From an uncultured Acidimicrobiales bacterium (GTDB lineage: Bacteria > Actinomycetota > Acidimicrobiia > Acidimicrobiales > Aldehydirespiratoraceae), in contig CATQHS010000001.1 of assembly GCA_958296055.1 (NCBI GenBank), forward strand, positions 3,124,277 to 3,188,276: a stretch of 64,000 bases of DNA, in the 5' to 3' direction. Below, in pieces: positions 28,760 through 37,133 of the stretch. Each line of letters opens with the position of its first letter. Position 1 is the first letter of the stretch. Below the pieces are notes generated by a model. That model ran no database searches. It had not been told where the DNA came from and saw only the letters and a program-made list of their open reading frames with translations. A program made the translations under genes and the position numbers.

Positions 28760-28997
28760 ATGTTCGCAATATATCACCTCTCATTGAGTTTGGCAGCAGA
28801 GTTAGAGCGCAACGTGCATCGTTGGGCTTCTCGCAAGAGGAACTTGCAGACCGAGCAGGATTGCATTGCCCATACGTCGGCACCGTCGAACGCACCCTGC
28901 GTTGTTGACTATCCTCGCATTGACCGAGGCGTTGGACTTCGTTCCTTTGGATCTTGTTAGGGCATTAGGCGATGACGGCCGGGTAGCTAAAGTGTGA
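28760..28997 (+). pseudogene. XRE-family helix-turn-helix regulator, disrupted by frameshifts
   Basis: One frame reads RAQRASLGFSQEELADRAGLHCPYVGTVERTLRC*. The typical continuation PALLTILALTEALDFVPLDLVRAL is in another frame, and the ATG with its GAGGAGG RBS at 28760 is in the third frame. Confidence 0.6.
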
Positions 28998-29109
28998 CAG
29001 CGCGCGGATATTTGGGACGCAGACGGAGGCCACCGGCGCCGCTCGGCTGGGCTGCGCCATGGGTAGAAGGCGTGCGGACACTGGGGACGCAGCCTCCAAA
29101 TGCGGATCC

Positions 29110-29313
29110 GATGCCGTGGTGCGCCGCATCGCCGATGACACTGGCGCCGGGGTGCTGCTGGTGGACCAGCATGTGGATTTGGCCCTGGCGGTGAGCGACC
29201 GGGGCTATGTGCTCAGCCACGGCGACCCTGGTGATGTCGGGTCCCGCCCCCGACCTGCTGACCGACCGCGAACTGCTCGACGCTGGCTACCTCGGCCTCA
29301 ACTGCCGACCCGG
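29110..29313 (+). pseudogene. displaced, decaying copy of the livF 3' end (attR-like repeat)
   Basis: Hand alignment to 27506-27709 gives about 17 differences, including two 1-nt indels and loss of the stop codon (TGA to CGA). Confidence 0.8.
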
Positions 29314-29314
29314 G

Positions 29315-30991
29315 TCATCCCTCCGAACGGCTGCGGCGGCCGAGGAAGCGGTCTAAGACGTTGGTGGTGATGATCTCGCACTGGGTGTGGCCGCGGGCCA
29401 GGGCGTGGCCCCACTCGGTGGTCCCGGCGCAGAACACCTCGCCGTCGCCCCGGCTCATGGAGGTGATCACCGCGCTGCCGTAGCGGAACCGGTCCCGGGT
29501 GGCCGGGTCGTCGGCGCCGCCGACCGCGGCGGCGGCGAAGGCCAGATCGCCGTCGGCGATGGTCAGGATGCTGCCGGCGCAGCCGTGGTCCTCCTCCTCG
29601 AGGGTGACCGGCGTCAGCGCCAAGATCTCCAGGTCGTCGGGGGCGCCGTCGGCGCCGGTGGGGTAGGGCAGACCGGACCGGAACGTGTAGTCCACCCCGT
29701 CGGTCTCGTAGCCGACCAAGGGCAGCTCGGCGCCGATCACGTCGCCGTAGTACACGTCGGCCCCTTCGAAGCACCAGTGCCGGGGCCGGTAGACGATGAA
29801 CCCGCCCGGGCCCCGGGGCGACAGGCCGCCCATGCGCGAGTACACCCCTCGCAGGCCGTTGGCCCCGAAGGTGCTGACCGGGGGCCAGTCGATGTGGCCG
29901 GCCTCGAAGGCCCCGGTGCGGGCCGCCCGGTCGGGGTTGGCGAACTCGGCGTCGGCGTCGGGCGCGTACTTGTGGCAGACCTGGGTGGCGAGGTCGTCCT
30001 CCATGCGCACCTGCCAGACGATGTTGCCGGCCAGCCGGGCGTAGCCGCCGCCGGAGGCGATGAAGCCGTCCAGCGTCCGGCGGCCGGCCGCGGTCCAGTA
30101 CTCGTCGTGGCCGGTGGTGACCACGCAGTCGTAGCGGTCCAAGACGCCGGGGTCGCGGTCCAGGTCCCACTGCGACAGCAGCTCCGGCTCGTAGCCGTTG
30201 GCCTCCAGCCAGCGGGCGGTGAGGGCGTCGTAGCGGGCCCAGCCTGCGGCCACCGTCCACACCGAGTAGCCGTTGGCCACCGCCCAGTCCGCGGCGGGCA
30301 CCCCTACCGCCGCTCCCACCGCTGGCGGCGGCTGAGCCAGCCGGGGGACTCCGGCCGGGGTGCGGATCATCCCCCTCGACCAGGGCCGGCGGAAGCTCAG
30401 CCGGGGCTCGAAGCTCAGCTCCCTCACCTCGGCCGGGTCGCCGCTGTGGTCGCTGAGCCGGTCCGAGAAGTAGCCGCAGCCCCCGCCCCAGTCGTTGTAC
30501 TCCTGCCAGGTATAGGTGGCTGCCACCAGCGCCAGGCTCGAACGGGTGCCGGGGTCGGCGGCCCGCAGCGTGAAGAAGCCGTCCTGGGTGACCGCGGCCC
30601 CGTCCCGCTCGGCCCCGAAGACCACTAGGTAGCCGCCGCTGGGCCAGTGGGCCGGGATCTCGAAGGACGTCGCCGCCGGCCAGCCGCAGCCTTCGGAGGC
30701 GGCGTCGGGCGGTGTCGGGTGGAAGGCGCCGGTCAGCCCCACGGCCCGGTGAACCCGCTCGAAGCGGTCCCCGTCCCGCCACACCTCGAAGCCCCAGACC
30801 GGCGCGGTGGTGGACACGTGCAGGTCCACCCGCTCGCCGGGGGCGTAGCTCGGCCGGGAGGTGTAGCCCCAGATCTCGAGCCGGTCCGGGTCATGGCTCG
30901 GGCGCTCGGCGCTGATCCGCTCGTGCCAGGCCGTCCACTGCCCGGCGCTGGCCCCCCGCCCGGCCCCGACTGCGAATCCGCCGCCGGTCAT
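29315..30991 (-). CDS. N,N-dimethylformamidase beta-subunit-like family protein
   Basis: 558 aa. Remembered family hallmarks: [65 protein letters not shown]. Function unknown. Confidence 0.55.
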   Translation of the reverse strand: MTGGGFAVGAGRGASAGQWTAWHERISAERPSHDPDRLEIWGYTSRPSYAPGERVDLHVSTTAPVWGFEVWRDGDRFERVHRAVGLTGAFHPTPPDAASEGCGWPAATSFEIPAHWPSGGYLVVFGAERDGAAVTQDGFFTLRAADPGTRSSLALVAATYTWQEYNDWGGGCGYFSDRLSDHSGDPAEVRELSFEPRLSFRRPWSRGMIRTPAGVPRLAQPPPAVGAAVGVPAADWAVANGYSVWTVAAGWARYDALTARWLEANGYEPELLSQWDLDRDPGVLDRYDCVVTTGHDEYWTAAGRRTLDGFIASGGGYARLAGNIVWQVRMEDDLATQVCHKYAPDADAEFANPDRAARTGAFEAGHIDWPPVSTFGANGLRGVYSRMGGLSPRGPGGFIVYRPRHWCFEGADVYYGDVIGAELPLVGYETDGVDYTFRSGLPYPTGADGAPDDLEILALTPVTLEEEDHGCAGSILTIADGDLAFAAAAVGGADDPATRDRFRYGSAVITSMSRGDGEVFCAGTTEWGHALARGHTQCEIITTNVLDRFLGRRSRSEG

Positions 30992-31036
30992 CGCCCGGTC
31001 ATGGCCCGAGCCGGAAGTAGTCGGCGGCCCGCCTGG

Positions 31037-32107
31037 TCATGGCCCGAGCCGGGAAGTAGTCGTCGGCCCGCCGGTCCGCATGAGCTGCACGGGCCGGTCG
31101 CCGCGGCGTTCCCGCACCGTCGGGGAGCGCTGCCAGTCCTCCACCCAGTGATTCTCGCACCGGCCGCGGCGGTGGGCGGAGGTCATCAGCTCAGGGTCCA
31201 GGGTGCTCATCAGCTCGATGTGGGTGCCGTCGGCGTCGTAGAGCCAGGCGATGGTGGTCCCGTACTCGGGGTAGTGGGCCGGCTCGCTCAGCGGCTCGAC
31301 GCCCAGGTCCACCGCCCGCTGCCAGACCCCGGCCACGTCGTCGGCGGTGAAGCACACGTGGTCGTAGCAGGGGCCGCGGCGGGCCATGACCGGCCCGTCG
31401 ATGCTGTCGTGCTCACCGCCGATGATCTCCAGGCAGAACTCGTGGCCGGCGCTGTCGAAGTGCGGGTCGCCCAGCATCACGAACCCCTTGCGGCCGCCCG
31501 CCTGCCCGCGAGGCGCCGTCCCCGATCCGGGACCGCTTCGGCCGGGGCCGGGCCCGTCGGCGGGCGCGGTGAAGTCGTAGGTCTTCACCAGGCCGAAGTG
31601 GGAGGTCCAGAACTCCTCGGCCCCAGCCAGGTCCCGGGTCAGCAGGCAGACGTGGTGCAGGGCCAAGTCGCCGCGGTCGCCCCGGGCGGGCCGGGGCACG
31701 GCCGCGTCCACGAGCTGCACCAAGTCGATCATCAGCCCCTCGGGCGACCACACCCCGGCCGCCACGGCCAAGGTCGTCCCGTCGATCTCGAACGGCTGCG
31801 GGGCCCAGGCCTCCTTCACGCCGGCCTCCAGCAGCCGGGCGTGGGCGGCGGCCACGTCGTCGCAGGCCAGCGCCACCCGCTCGATGCTCCACCCCTGGCG
31901 GGCCAGGTACTCCTCGGACTCGGCGGGCAGGGGCCGACCCTGCAACTCCACCAGCACGTCGGTGCCGGCACCGAGGTAGGCCACGTCGAAAGCGCCCCGC
32001 CGCCGGGAGCGCTCCATCGTCTCGCAGCCCAGGGCCCGGTAGCAGGCGGCCGCGTAATCGACGTCGGAGGTGAGCAGGCCGATGTGGTCGAAGCGGAAGC
32101 CGGTCAC
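31037..32107 (-). CDS. VOC (glyoxalase/bleomycin resistance/dioxygenase) family protein, multi-domain
   Basis: 356 aa. Starts FRFDHIGLLTSDVDYAAACY, with a second module LHHVCLLTRDLAGAEEFW. A Gly/Pro-rich insert lies between the modules. Confidence 0.7.
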   Translation of the reverse strand: MTGFRFDHIGLLTSDVDYAAACYRALGCETMERSRRRGAFDVAYLGAGTDVLVELQGRPLPAESEEYLARQGWSIERVALACDDVAAAHARLLEAGVKEAWAPQPFEIDGTTLAVAAGVWSPEGLMIDLVQLVDAAVPRPARGDRGDLALHHVCLLTRDLAGAEEFWTSHFGLVKTYDFTAPADGPGPGRSGPGSGTAPRGQAGGRKGFVMLGDPHFDSAGHEFCLEIIGGEHDSIDGPVMARRGPCYDHVCFTADDVAGVWQRAVDLGVEPLSEPAHYPEYGTTIAWLYDADGTHIELMSTLDPELMTSAHRRGRCENHWVEDWQRSPTVRERRGDRPVQLMRTGGPTTTSRLGP

Positions 32108-32158
32108 GGCCCGAGGCTAGGCGCCGCCGTCGGGCGAGCCGTGGCTTGAGGCAGCCCG

Positions 32159-33319
32159 TTGAACCCGAAGCCGGTCAGGGCGGCGAGGTTACGCTGCCCG
32201 GTTGTGCCGGTCGCCAACACCGTGTTGACCATCCCCGAGCCTCGCACCGTGGCGCTGGCCTCCAAGCCCTATCCGACGGCCGGGCCCGGCTTCGTGATCG
32301 TGGAGACGGCGGTGGCGCCGGTCTGCAACGAGGCCCGCATCTACCGTGACCACCAGTTCGAGTGGCACGACAGCCCCGAGCACCTGGGTCACGAGGGCGT
32401 AGGCACCGTCGTCGGGACCGGGCCGGGGTCGCGGTTCGCCGCAGGCGACCGGGTCATCGTGTTCCAGGGCAACAGTTGCCGGGAGTGCTTCGTGTGCACC
32501 GAGGGCCTGTCGCCCACCCACTGCCTGGAAATCCCCTATGAGGGCCACGACGACGGGATGGCCCCCCAGGACGTGGCCGCGGGTCTGCTGGGCATTGAGA
32601 AAGCAAACGGCAGCTCCTCCGGCGGGTTCGCCATGGCCCGCTACCGGCTGGCCCCCAATCACATGGCGATGAAGCTGCCCGACGGCTTGTCGTTCCACCA
32701 CGCCGCCGCGGGCAACTGCACCCTGGGCTGCACCTACACCGCGGCGGAGGAGGCCGGGGTCGCCGCCGGCGATGTGGTTTTAGTGGCCGGGGTGGGGTTC
32801 ATCGGGCTGGGGGCGGTGGCCAACGCCCTGTACCGCAACGCCACCGTGGCCGTGCTGGGCCGAAACCCGTACCGCATGGACCTGTGCCGGAAGCTGGGGG
32901 TCCACGCCGTTCTCGACCCCGACGACCCCGGCTGGCTCGACCAACTCCACGCCCTCACCTCCGGCCGCCGAGGCGCCGACGCCGCCTTCGAGTGCTCGGG
33001 CGCGCCCTACTACCTGGAGCGGTGCCTGGCCGGGCTGCGGCGCTACGGCGCCCTGTTCTCGCTGGGCCACGACGGGCCCCGGCGCTTCTCGGTGAGCATC
33101 CTCAACGACGTCATGGACCGCCACATCGCCTGGACCGGCGGCCACGACGTCAGGTTCCGGGACCGGGACGGGCTGCTGAGGATGCTGGGCGACGCCGACA
33201 CCCAGCGCCGGATCGACGCCCTGGTCACCCACACCTTCCCCATGAGCCGGGCGGCCGAGGCCTTCGAGGTCGGCCTGACCCGCGACTGCGGCAAAATCTA
33301 CCTGCTGCCCCAGGAATAG
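32159..33319 (+). CDS. zinc-dependent alcohol dehydrogenase (MDR) family protein
   Basis: GHEGVGTVVGTG, a structural-zinc Cys cluster CRECFVCTEG, and nucleotide-binding VLVAGVGFIGLG. An in-frame GTG at 32204 is an alternative start. Confidence 0.8.
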   Translation: MNPKPVRAARLRCPVVPVANTVLTIPEPRTVALASKPYPTAGPGFVIVETAVAPVCNEARIYRDHQFEWHDSPEHLGHEGVGTVVGTGPGSRFAAGDRVIVFQGNSCRECFVCTEGLSPTHCLEIPYEGHDDGMAPQDVAAGLLGIEKANGSSSGGFAMARYRLAPNHMAMKLPDGLSFHHAAAGNCTLGCTYTAAEEAGVAAGDVVLVAGVGFIGLGAVANALYRNATVAVLGRNPYRMDLCRKLGVHAVLDPDDPGWLDQLHALTSGRRGADAAFECSGAPYYLERCLAGLRRYGALFSLGHDGPRRFSVSILNDVMDRHIAWTGGHDVRFRDRDGLLRMLGDADTQRRIDALVTHTFPMSRAAEAFEVGLTRDCGKIYLLPQE

Positions 33320-33362
33320 GCCGGGGGCGGCGGGGAGCGGGCGGAAGGAGCGGTTCGACCCC

Positions 33363-34397
33363 ATGAGCGATATTCACGGTCCGGCGGGCGGCAGTCACGG
33401 TCTGGTGGGCGGCAATCCCGGTCCGGCCGGCGGCAGTCCTGGTCCGACAGGCGGCAATCCTCAGCCGCTGGGGGGCAACGAGATGCCCCGGTTCGGCGGC
33501 ATCGCCACCTTCATGAGGCTGCCGGGCCGGTCCGACCCGGCCGATCTGGACGTCGCGGTGGTGGGCGTTCCCCTCGACATCGGCACGTCCAACCGGCCCG
33601 GCGCCCGGTTCGGCCCCCGGGGCATCCGCGACGAGTCGGTGCTGCTGCGGCCCTACAACATGGCCACCCGGGCCGCGCCCTTCGACAGCCTGCGCATCGA
33701 CGACATCGGCGACGTGGCCACCAACCCCTACAACCTGACCGACGCCGTGGCCCGGATCGAGGCCCGCTACCGCGAGCTGACGGCTCACGGCCTCATCACC
33801 GTGACCATGGGCGGCGACCACACCGTGGTCTTGCCTGTCCTGCGGGCCATGGCCGCGGTGCACGGCCCGGTCGGGCTGGTCCACGTCGACGCCCACACCG
33901 ACATCAACGACGCCATGTTCGGCGAGAAGATCGCCCACGGCACCCCGTTCCGCCGGGCGGTGGAGGAGGGGCTGCTGGACGGCCCCAGGGTGGTCCAGAT
34001 AGGGGTGCGGGGCACCGGCTATGCGGCCGACGACTTCGACTGGTCCCGCCGGCAGGGGTTCAGGGTGGTGCAGGCCGAGGAGTGCTGGCACCGGAGCCTG
34101 GCCCCGCTCATGGAGGAGGTACGGGCCCAGATCGGCGCCGGGCCGGTGTATCTGAGCTTCGACATCGACGGCCTGGACCCGGCCTACGCCCCCGGCACCG
34201 GGACCCCTGAGGTGGGTGGGCTGACCACCGCCCAGGCCCTGGAGATCATCCGGGGCTGCCGGGGCCTGGAGCTGGTGGGCTGCGACCTGGTTGAGGTGGC
34301 CCCCATCTACGACACCACCGGCGCCACCTCGCTCACCGCGGCCAACCTGCTCTACGAGATGATCTGCGTCCTCCCCGGCGTCGAGTACCGCAGCTAG
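33363..34397 (+). CDS. agmatinase / guanidino-acid hydrolase (ureohydrolase family)
   Basis: Arginase-fold metal motifs GGDHTV, DAHTD, SFDIDGLDP and EVAP. The N-terminus carries five 21-bp (heptapeptide) repeats; M at 33483 is an alternative start. Confidence 0.85.
   Translation: MSDIHGPAGGSHGLVGGNPGPAGGSPGPTGGNPQPLGGNEMPRFGGIATFMRLPGRSDPADLDVAVVGVPLDIGTSNRPGARFGPRGIRDESVLLRPYNMATRAAPFDSLRIDDIGDVATNPYNLTDAVARIEARYRELTAHGLITVTMGGDHTVVLPVLRAMAAVHGPVGLVHVDAHTDINDAMFGEKIAHGTPFRRAVEEGLLDGPRVVQIGVRGTGYAADDFDWSRRQGFRVVQAEECWHRSLAPLMEEVRAQIGAGPVYLSFDIDGLDPAYAPGTGTPEVGGLTTAQALEIIRGCRGLELVGCDLVEVAPIYDTTGATSLTAANLLYEMICVLPGVEYRS
33375..33479 (+). repeat. 5 x 21-bp in-frame tandem repeat (HGPAGGS/HGLVGGN/PGPAGGS/PGPTGGN/PQPLGGN)
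   Basis: Read directly from DNA and translation. Confidence 0.9.
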
Positions 34398-34436
34398 CTG
34401 TGACAACCGGGGACATTGTCCCTGGGGTTGAGGGTC
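34398..34436. repeat. left terminal inverted repeat of a 576-bp cassette
   Basis: ctgtgacaaccggggacattgtccctggggttgagggt. Its reverse complement recurs at 34937-34973 with one mismatch and one indel. Begins immediately after the agmatinase stop. Confidence 0.9.
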
Positions 34437-34468
34437 TGGGTGGGGGTCCCCCGGCCCGTCTCCAGTTC

Positions 34469-34840
34469 CTACGGGAGGGCGACCAGCAGCGATACCCACA
34501 CCGTCAGGGCGAAGCCGGCGACGGTCAGGATCACGGTGCGGGTCTGCTGGGCCATGGCCCGGGTCTGCTCGGCGAAGCGCGACTCGATCGTCGCGAACCC
34601 GGCCTGCATCTCACCCCGAAGCCCGCTTATCTCACTCTGCAACTCGGCCCGCAGCTCACCCCGAAGCTGGGTCATCTCGGCCCGAAGCTCTTTGGCCATG
34701 AGGCGCACGTCCTCCTTGGTGGCCAACTCGTCCCATGTCTTGGGCGGTAGGTATTCCATGAGCGTCTCGGCGGGTTTGGGCCCGAGGTTCTGGGTCAATT
34801 GCTTGTAGAGCGCAGCGCGCTCTTTCTCGCTCACCGGCAT
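34469..34840 (-). CDS. small coiled-coil protein with a C-terminal transmembrane anchor (possibly DUF1640/CCDC90-like)
   Basis: 123 aa. GGAGAAG RBS 7-8 nt upstream of the ATG. Heptad-like ELRAEMTQLRGELRAELQSEISGLRGEMQ, then TVILTVAGFALTVWVSLLVALP. The family call is from memory only. Confidence 0.55.
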   Translation of the reverse strand: MPVSEKERAALYKQLTQNLGPKPAETLMEYLPPKTWDELATKEDVRLMAKELRAEMTQLRGELRAELQSEISGLRGEMQAGFATIESRFAEQTRAMAQQTRTVILTVAGFALTVWVSLLVALP

Positions 34841-34936
34841 CGGTCACTTCTCCACTGATCGAACGAACGGCCGGGGAAGTGGTCGAGCCCGCTCACGATG
34901 GGCAGAAATTCACTCTACCAGCGGCACCCCGCCAAA

Positions 34937-34973
34937 ACCCTCAACCCAGGGACAACGTCCCCGGTTGTCACAG
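34937..34973. repeat. right terminal inverted repeat of the 576-bp cassette
   Basis: accctcaacccagggacaacgtccccggttgtcacag. Ends immediately before the stop codon of the hydrolase gene (34974-34976). Confidence 0.9.
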
Positions 34974-35882
34974 TTAGTTGACGAGGAATTGGGCCAGTTC
35001 CTCCAGGGCCGCTTGGGCTTCGGGCACGTCGGGCACCGAATGCCAGACGTGCCACAGTCCGTCCCACACCTGCAGGGTGCTGGACACCCCGGCCTGGCGC
35101 AGGGCGATGTCGAGCCGGCAGGAGTCCGACAGCAGGATGTCCCGGGTGCTGGTCTGGATCAGGCAGGGGGGCAGGCCGGACAGGTCGGCGAACAGCGGCG
35201 ACGCCTGGGGGTCGGCGGTGTCGGCGCCCGCGTAGGCGGCGGCCCACGAGGGCGGTTCCAAGGCGCCCAGAATGGGATCGGCGGCGGTCAGGGTGCGGTA
35301 GGTGTCGCCCGAGCAGGTGAGATCGGCCCAGGGGGCCATCAGCCCCAGCCGGGCGGGCATGGCCGCCCCGGCGTCCCGGAGGGCGACAGCGGCGGCCAGG
35401 GCGAGGCCGCCCCCGGCCGACTCGCCGAAGAGGGCGGCCACGGGGCCCGCGGCGGCCAGGGCCCGGCACACCGCCACCGTGTCCTGCACCGCGGCGGGGC
35501 AGGGGTGCTCGGGGGCCAGGCGGTAGCCCACCGACACCACCGGCAGGCCGGTGCGCTGGGCCACCGGCACGGCGACGGTGGCGCTGGCCGCCGGAGAGCC
35601 CAAGAGGTAGGCCCCGCCGTGAAGGTGGACGATCACCGGCTGCGCGTCGAGCGCCTCGCGGTCGGCCGCGTAGCGGATGGCGGGCACCCCGGCCACCGTC
35701 TCGGCCCGGCTCGCCCAGGGCCCGGTCAGCCGGGCCTCCAACTCGATCCACTGAGCCTCGAGCAGCTCCCTCAATGGGGCCATCAACTCGGGATCGTTCA
35801 CGTCCAGATCCGGTGGCTCCTCGCCGGGCGTCAGCAGAAACTCTTGGGCCTGCGGGCTCAGATGGGCGGGGGGTTCGATCAT
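34974..35882 (-). CDS. alpha/beta hydrolase (HSL/esterase-lipase fold-3 type)
   Basis: HGGAY oxyanion motif, nucleophile elbow GESAGGG, and a C-terminal W.G..H pattern. I prefer M at 35882 (MIEPPAHL); the track start at 35930 lies inside the 32-bp repeat array. Confidence 0.8.
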   Translation of the reverse strand: MIEPPAHLSPQAQEFLLTPGEEPPDLDVNDPELMAPLRELLEAQWIELEARLTGPWASRAETVAGVPAIRYAADREALDAQPVIVHLHGGAYLLGSPAASATVAVPVAQRTGLPVVSVGYRLAPEHPCPAAVQDTVAVCRALAAAGPVAALFGESAGGGLALAAAVALRDAGAAMPARLGLMAPWADLTCSGDTYRTLTAADPILGALEPPSWAAAYAGADTADPQASPLFADLSGLPPCLIQTSTRDILLSDSCRLDIALRQAGVSSTLQVWDGLWHVWHSVPDVPEAQAALEELAQFLVN

Positions 35883-35917
35883 GGCCGGACCGTACTCAAT
35901 CCCGGCCCGGCGGGCGT

Positions 35918-36040
35918 GAACGCGGCTCAACGCCGGCCGGGCAGGCCCAGAACGCGGCTCAACGCCGGTCGGGCAGACCCAGAACGCGGCTCAATCCCGG
36001 TCGGGCAGGCCCAGAACGCGGCTCACCCCCGGCCGGGCTC
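35918..36040. repeat. 32-bp tandem repeat, about 3.8 copies (gaacgcggctcaacgccggycgggcaggccca)
   Basis: Copies start at 35918, 35950, 35982 and 36014 (the last is partial and overlaps the 3' end of the ADH gene). Confidence 0.9.
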
Positions 36041-37096
36041 TACCATGACCTTGCACTGGTCGGTGGGGGATCGCAGCGCCTCGAAGGCGGCGGGCAGGTC
36101 GCCGAGGCCCACCCGGTGGCTGATCATCGGGGCCGGGTCGATGCGGCCGGAGGCCATCATCTCCAGGATGAATTCGTTCTCGGCCTTGGTGTACACCCGG
36201 GCGGCCCGTATGGTCGGCTCCTTGGCGTAGGCCAGCAGGTGGTCGAAGGAGTCCGGCTCCATGCACACCCCGCCGGTCACCACCCGGCCCTGGGGGCGGA
36301 CCGCGGCCACTGCCGCGTTGAGCATCCCCGGCCGGCCCACCGCCTCGATGACGGCGTCGGGCTCGGCCCCGGTGAGCTCGGCGAAGCGAGCGGCCGCGTC
36401 CGGATAAAGGCCGGCGTCGATGACGTCGGTGGCCCCCAGCCGCTCGGCCACCCCCAAGCGGTGCCCCACCCGCTCGGACACCACCACCCGGCGGGCCCCG
36501 AAAAACCGGGCCCACACCGCGGCGGCCAGGCCGATCGGCCCCGCGCCCAGGATCAGCACCCGGTCCCCGATCGCCAGCTCGGCCTGGCGGACGCACATCA
36601 GCCCGGTGGCCAGCGGCTCGCACAGGGCGGCCGCGTCCAGGGGAACCCCTGAAGGCACGGCCAGCAGGTCGGCGGAGGATACGGCCAGGTACTCGGCGTA
36701 GCCGCCGTCGGGCTCCTCGGGGCCCAGGGCCCCGAAGGAGCGCTGGCGGGGGCACTGCTCGGGGCGGTCCAGCTTGCACTGGGGGCAGCGCCCGCAGCCC
36801 CCGACGGGCATGACGAAGACCCGGTCTCCCGGCGACCAGCCGCCGACCGGCTCGGGGCCGACCTCCACGACCTCGCCGGCCACCTCGTGGCCCAGCACCC
36901 CGCCCCGGCGGGCCAGGTCGGCCTCGGGGGCGGTGGCGTGCAGGTCCGAGCCGCACACCCCGCAAGCGGCCACCCTGATGACGGCCTGACCGGGCCCGGG
37001 GACGGGATCGTGAACCTCGGCGATGCGCAGCGGCTCGCCCGGCGCGTCGTAGACGGCGGCCCTCACCGGGCTGACTCTGCCAGCTCGGGGCGGCAC
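36023..37096 (-). CDS. zinc-dependent alcohol dehydrogenase (MDR) family protein
   Basis: 357 aa. GHEVAGEVVEVG, GGCGRCPQCK, ILGAGPIGL. Confidence 0.85.
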   Translation of the reverse strand: MPPRAGRVSPVRAAVYDAPGEPLRIAEVHDPVPGPGQAVIRVAACGVCGSDLHATAPEADLARRGGVLGHEVAGEVVEVGPEPVGGWSPGDRVFVMPVGGCGRCPQCKLDRPEQCPRQRSFGALGPEEPDGGYAEYLAVSSADLLAVPSGVPLDAAALCEPLATGLMCVRQAELAIGDRVLILGAGPIGLAAAVWARFFGARRVVVSERVGHRLGVAERLGATDVIDAGLYPDAAARFAELTGAEPDAVIEAVGRPGMLNAAVAAVRPQGRVVTGGVCMEPDSFDHLLAYAKEPTIRAARVYTKAENEFILEMMASGRIDPAPMISHRVGLGDLPAAFEALRSPTDQCKVMVEPGRG

Positions 37097-37133
37097 TCGG
37101 CACCTTCGGCCCTCAGGCCGACGGGCCCGGCCC

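Larger units (their letters stand above)
27710..29109. mobile_element. relic of an integrated element (about 1.4 kb, AT-richer, no recombinase left) inserted at the 3' end of livF
   Basis: Bounded by about 92%-identical 204-bp direct repeats (27506-27709 and 29110-29313) that correspond to the livF 3' end. Base composition drops sharply between them. Contents are one small membrane-protein gene and a broken XRE-type HTH gene. Confidence 0.6.

Noticed and set aside
28574-28960. 128-aa plus-strand ORF in the AT-rich island
   Set aside because: Its sequence has no recognisable fold. The same DNA read in the other two frames gives the two halves of an XRE-type HTH protein, so this ORF is a by-product of a frameshifted pseudogene.
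29298-30782. 494-aa minus-strand ORF overlapping the DMFase-like gene
   Set aside because: It is an alternative frame of the same strand with Arg/Pro/Gly-rich composition. The 29315-30991 frame carries the recognisable family motifs.
35918-36040. Possible CRISPR array (regularly spaced ~32-bp repeats)
   Set aside because: The repeats are contiguous with no unique spacers, no cas genes are nearby, and the array overlaps a coding 3' end. It is a plain tandem repeat.
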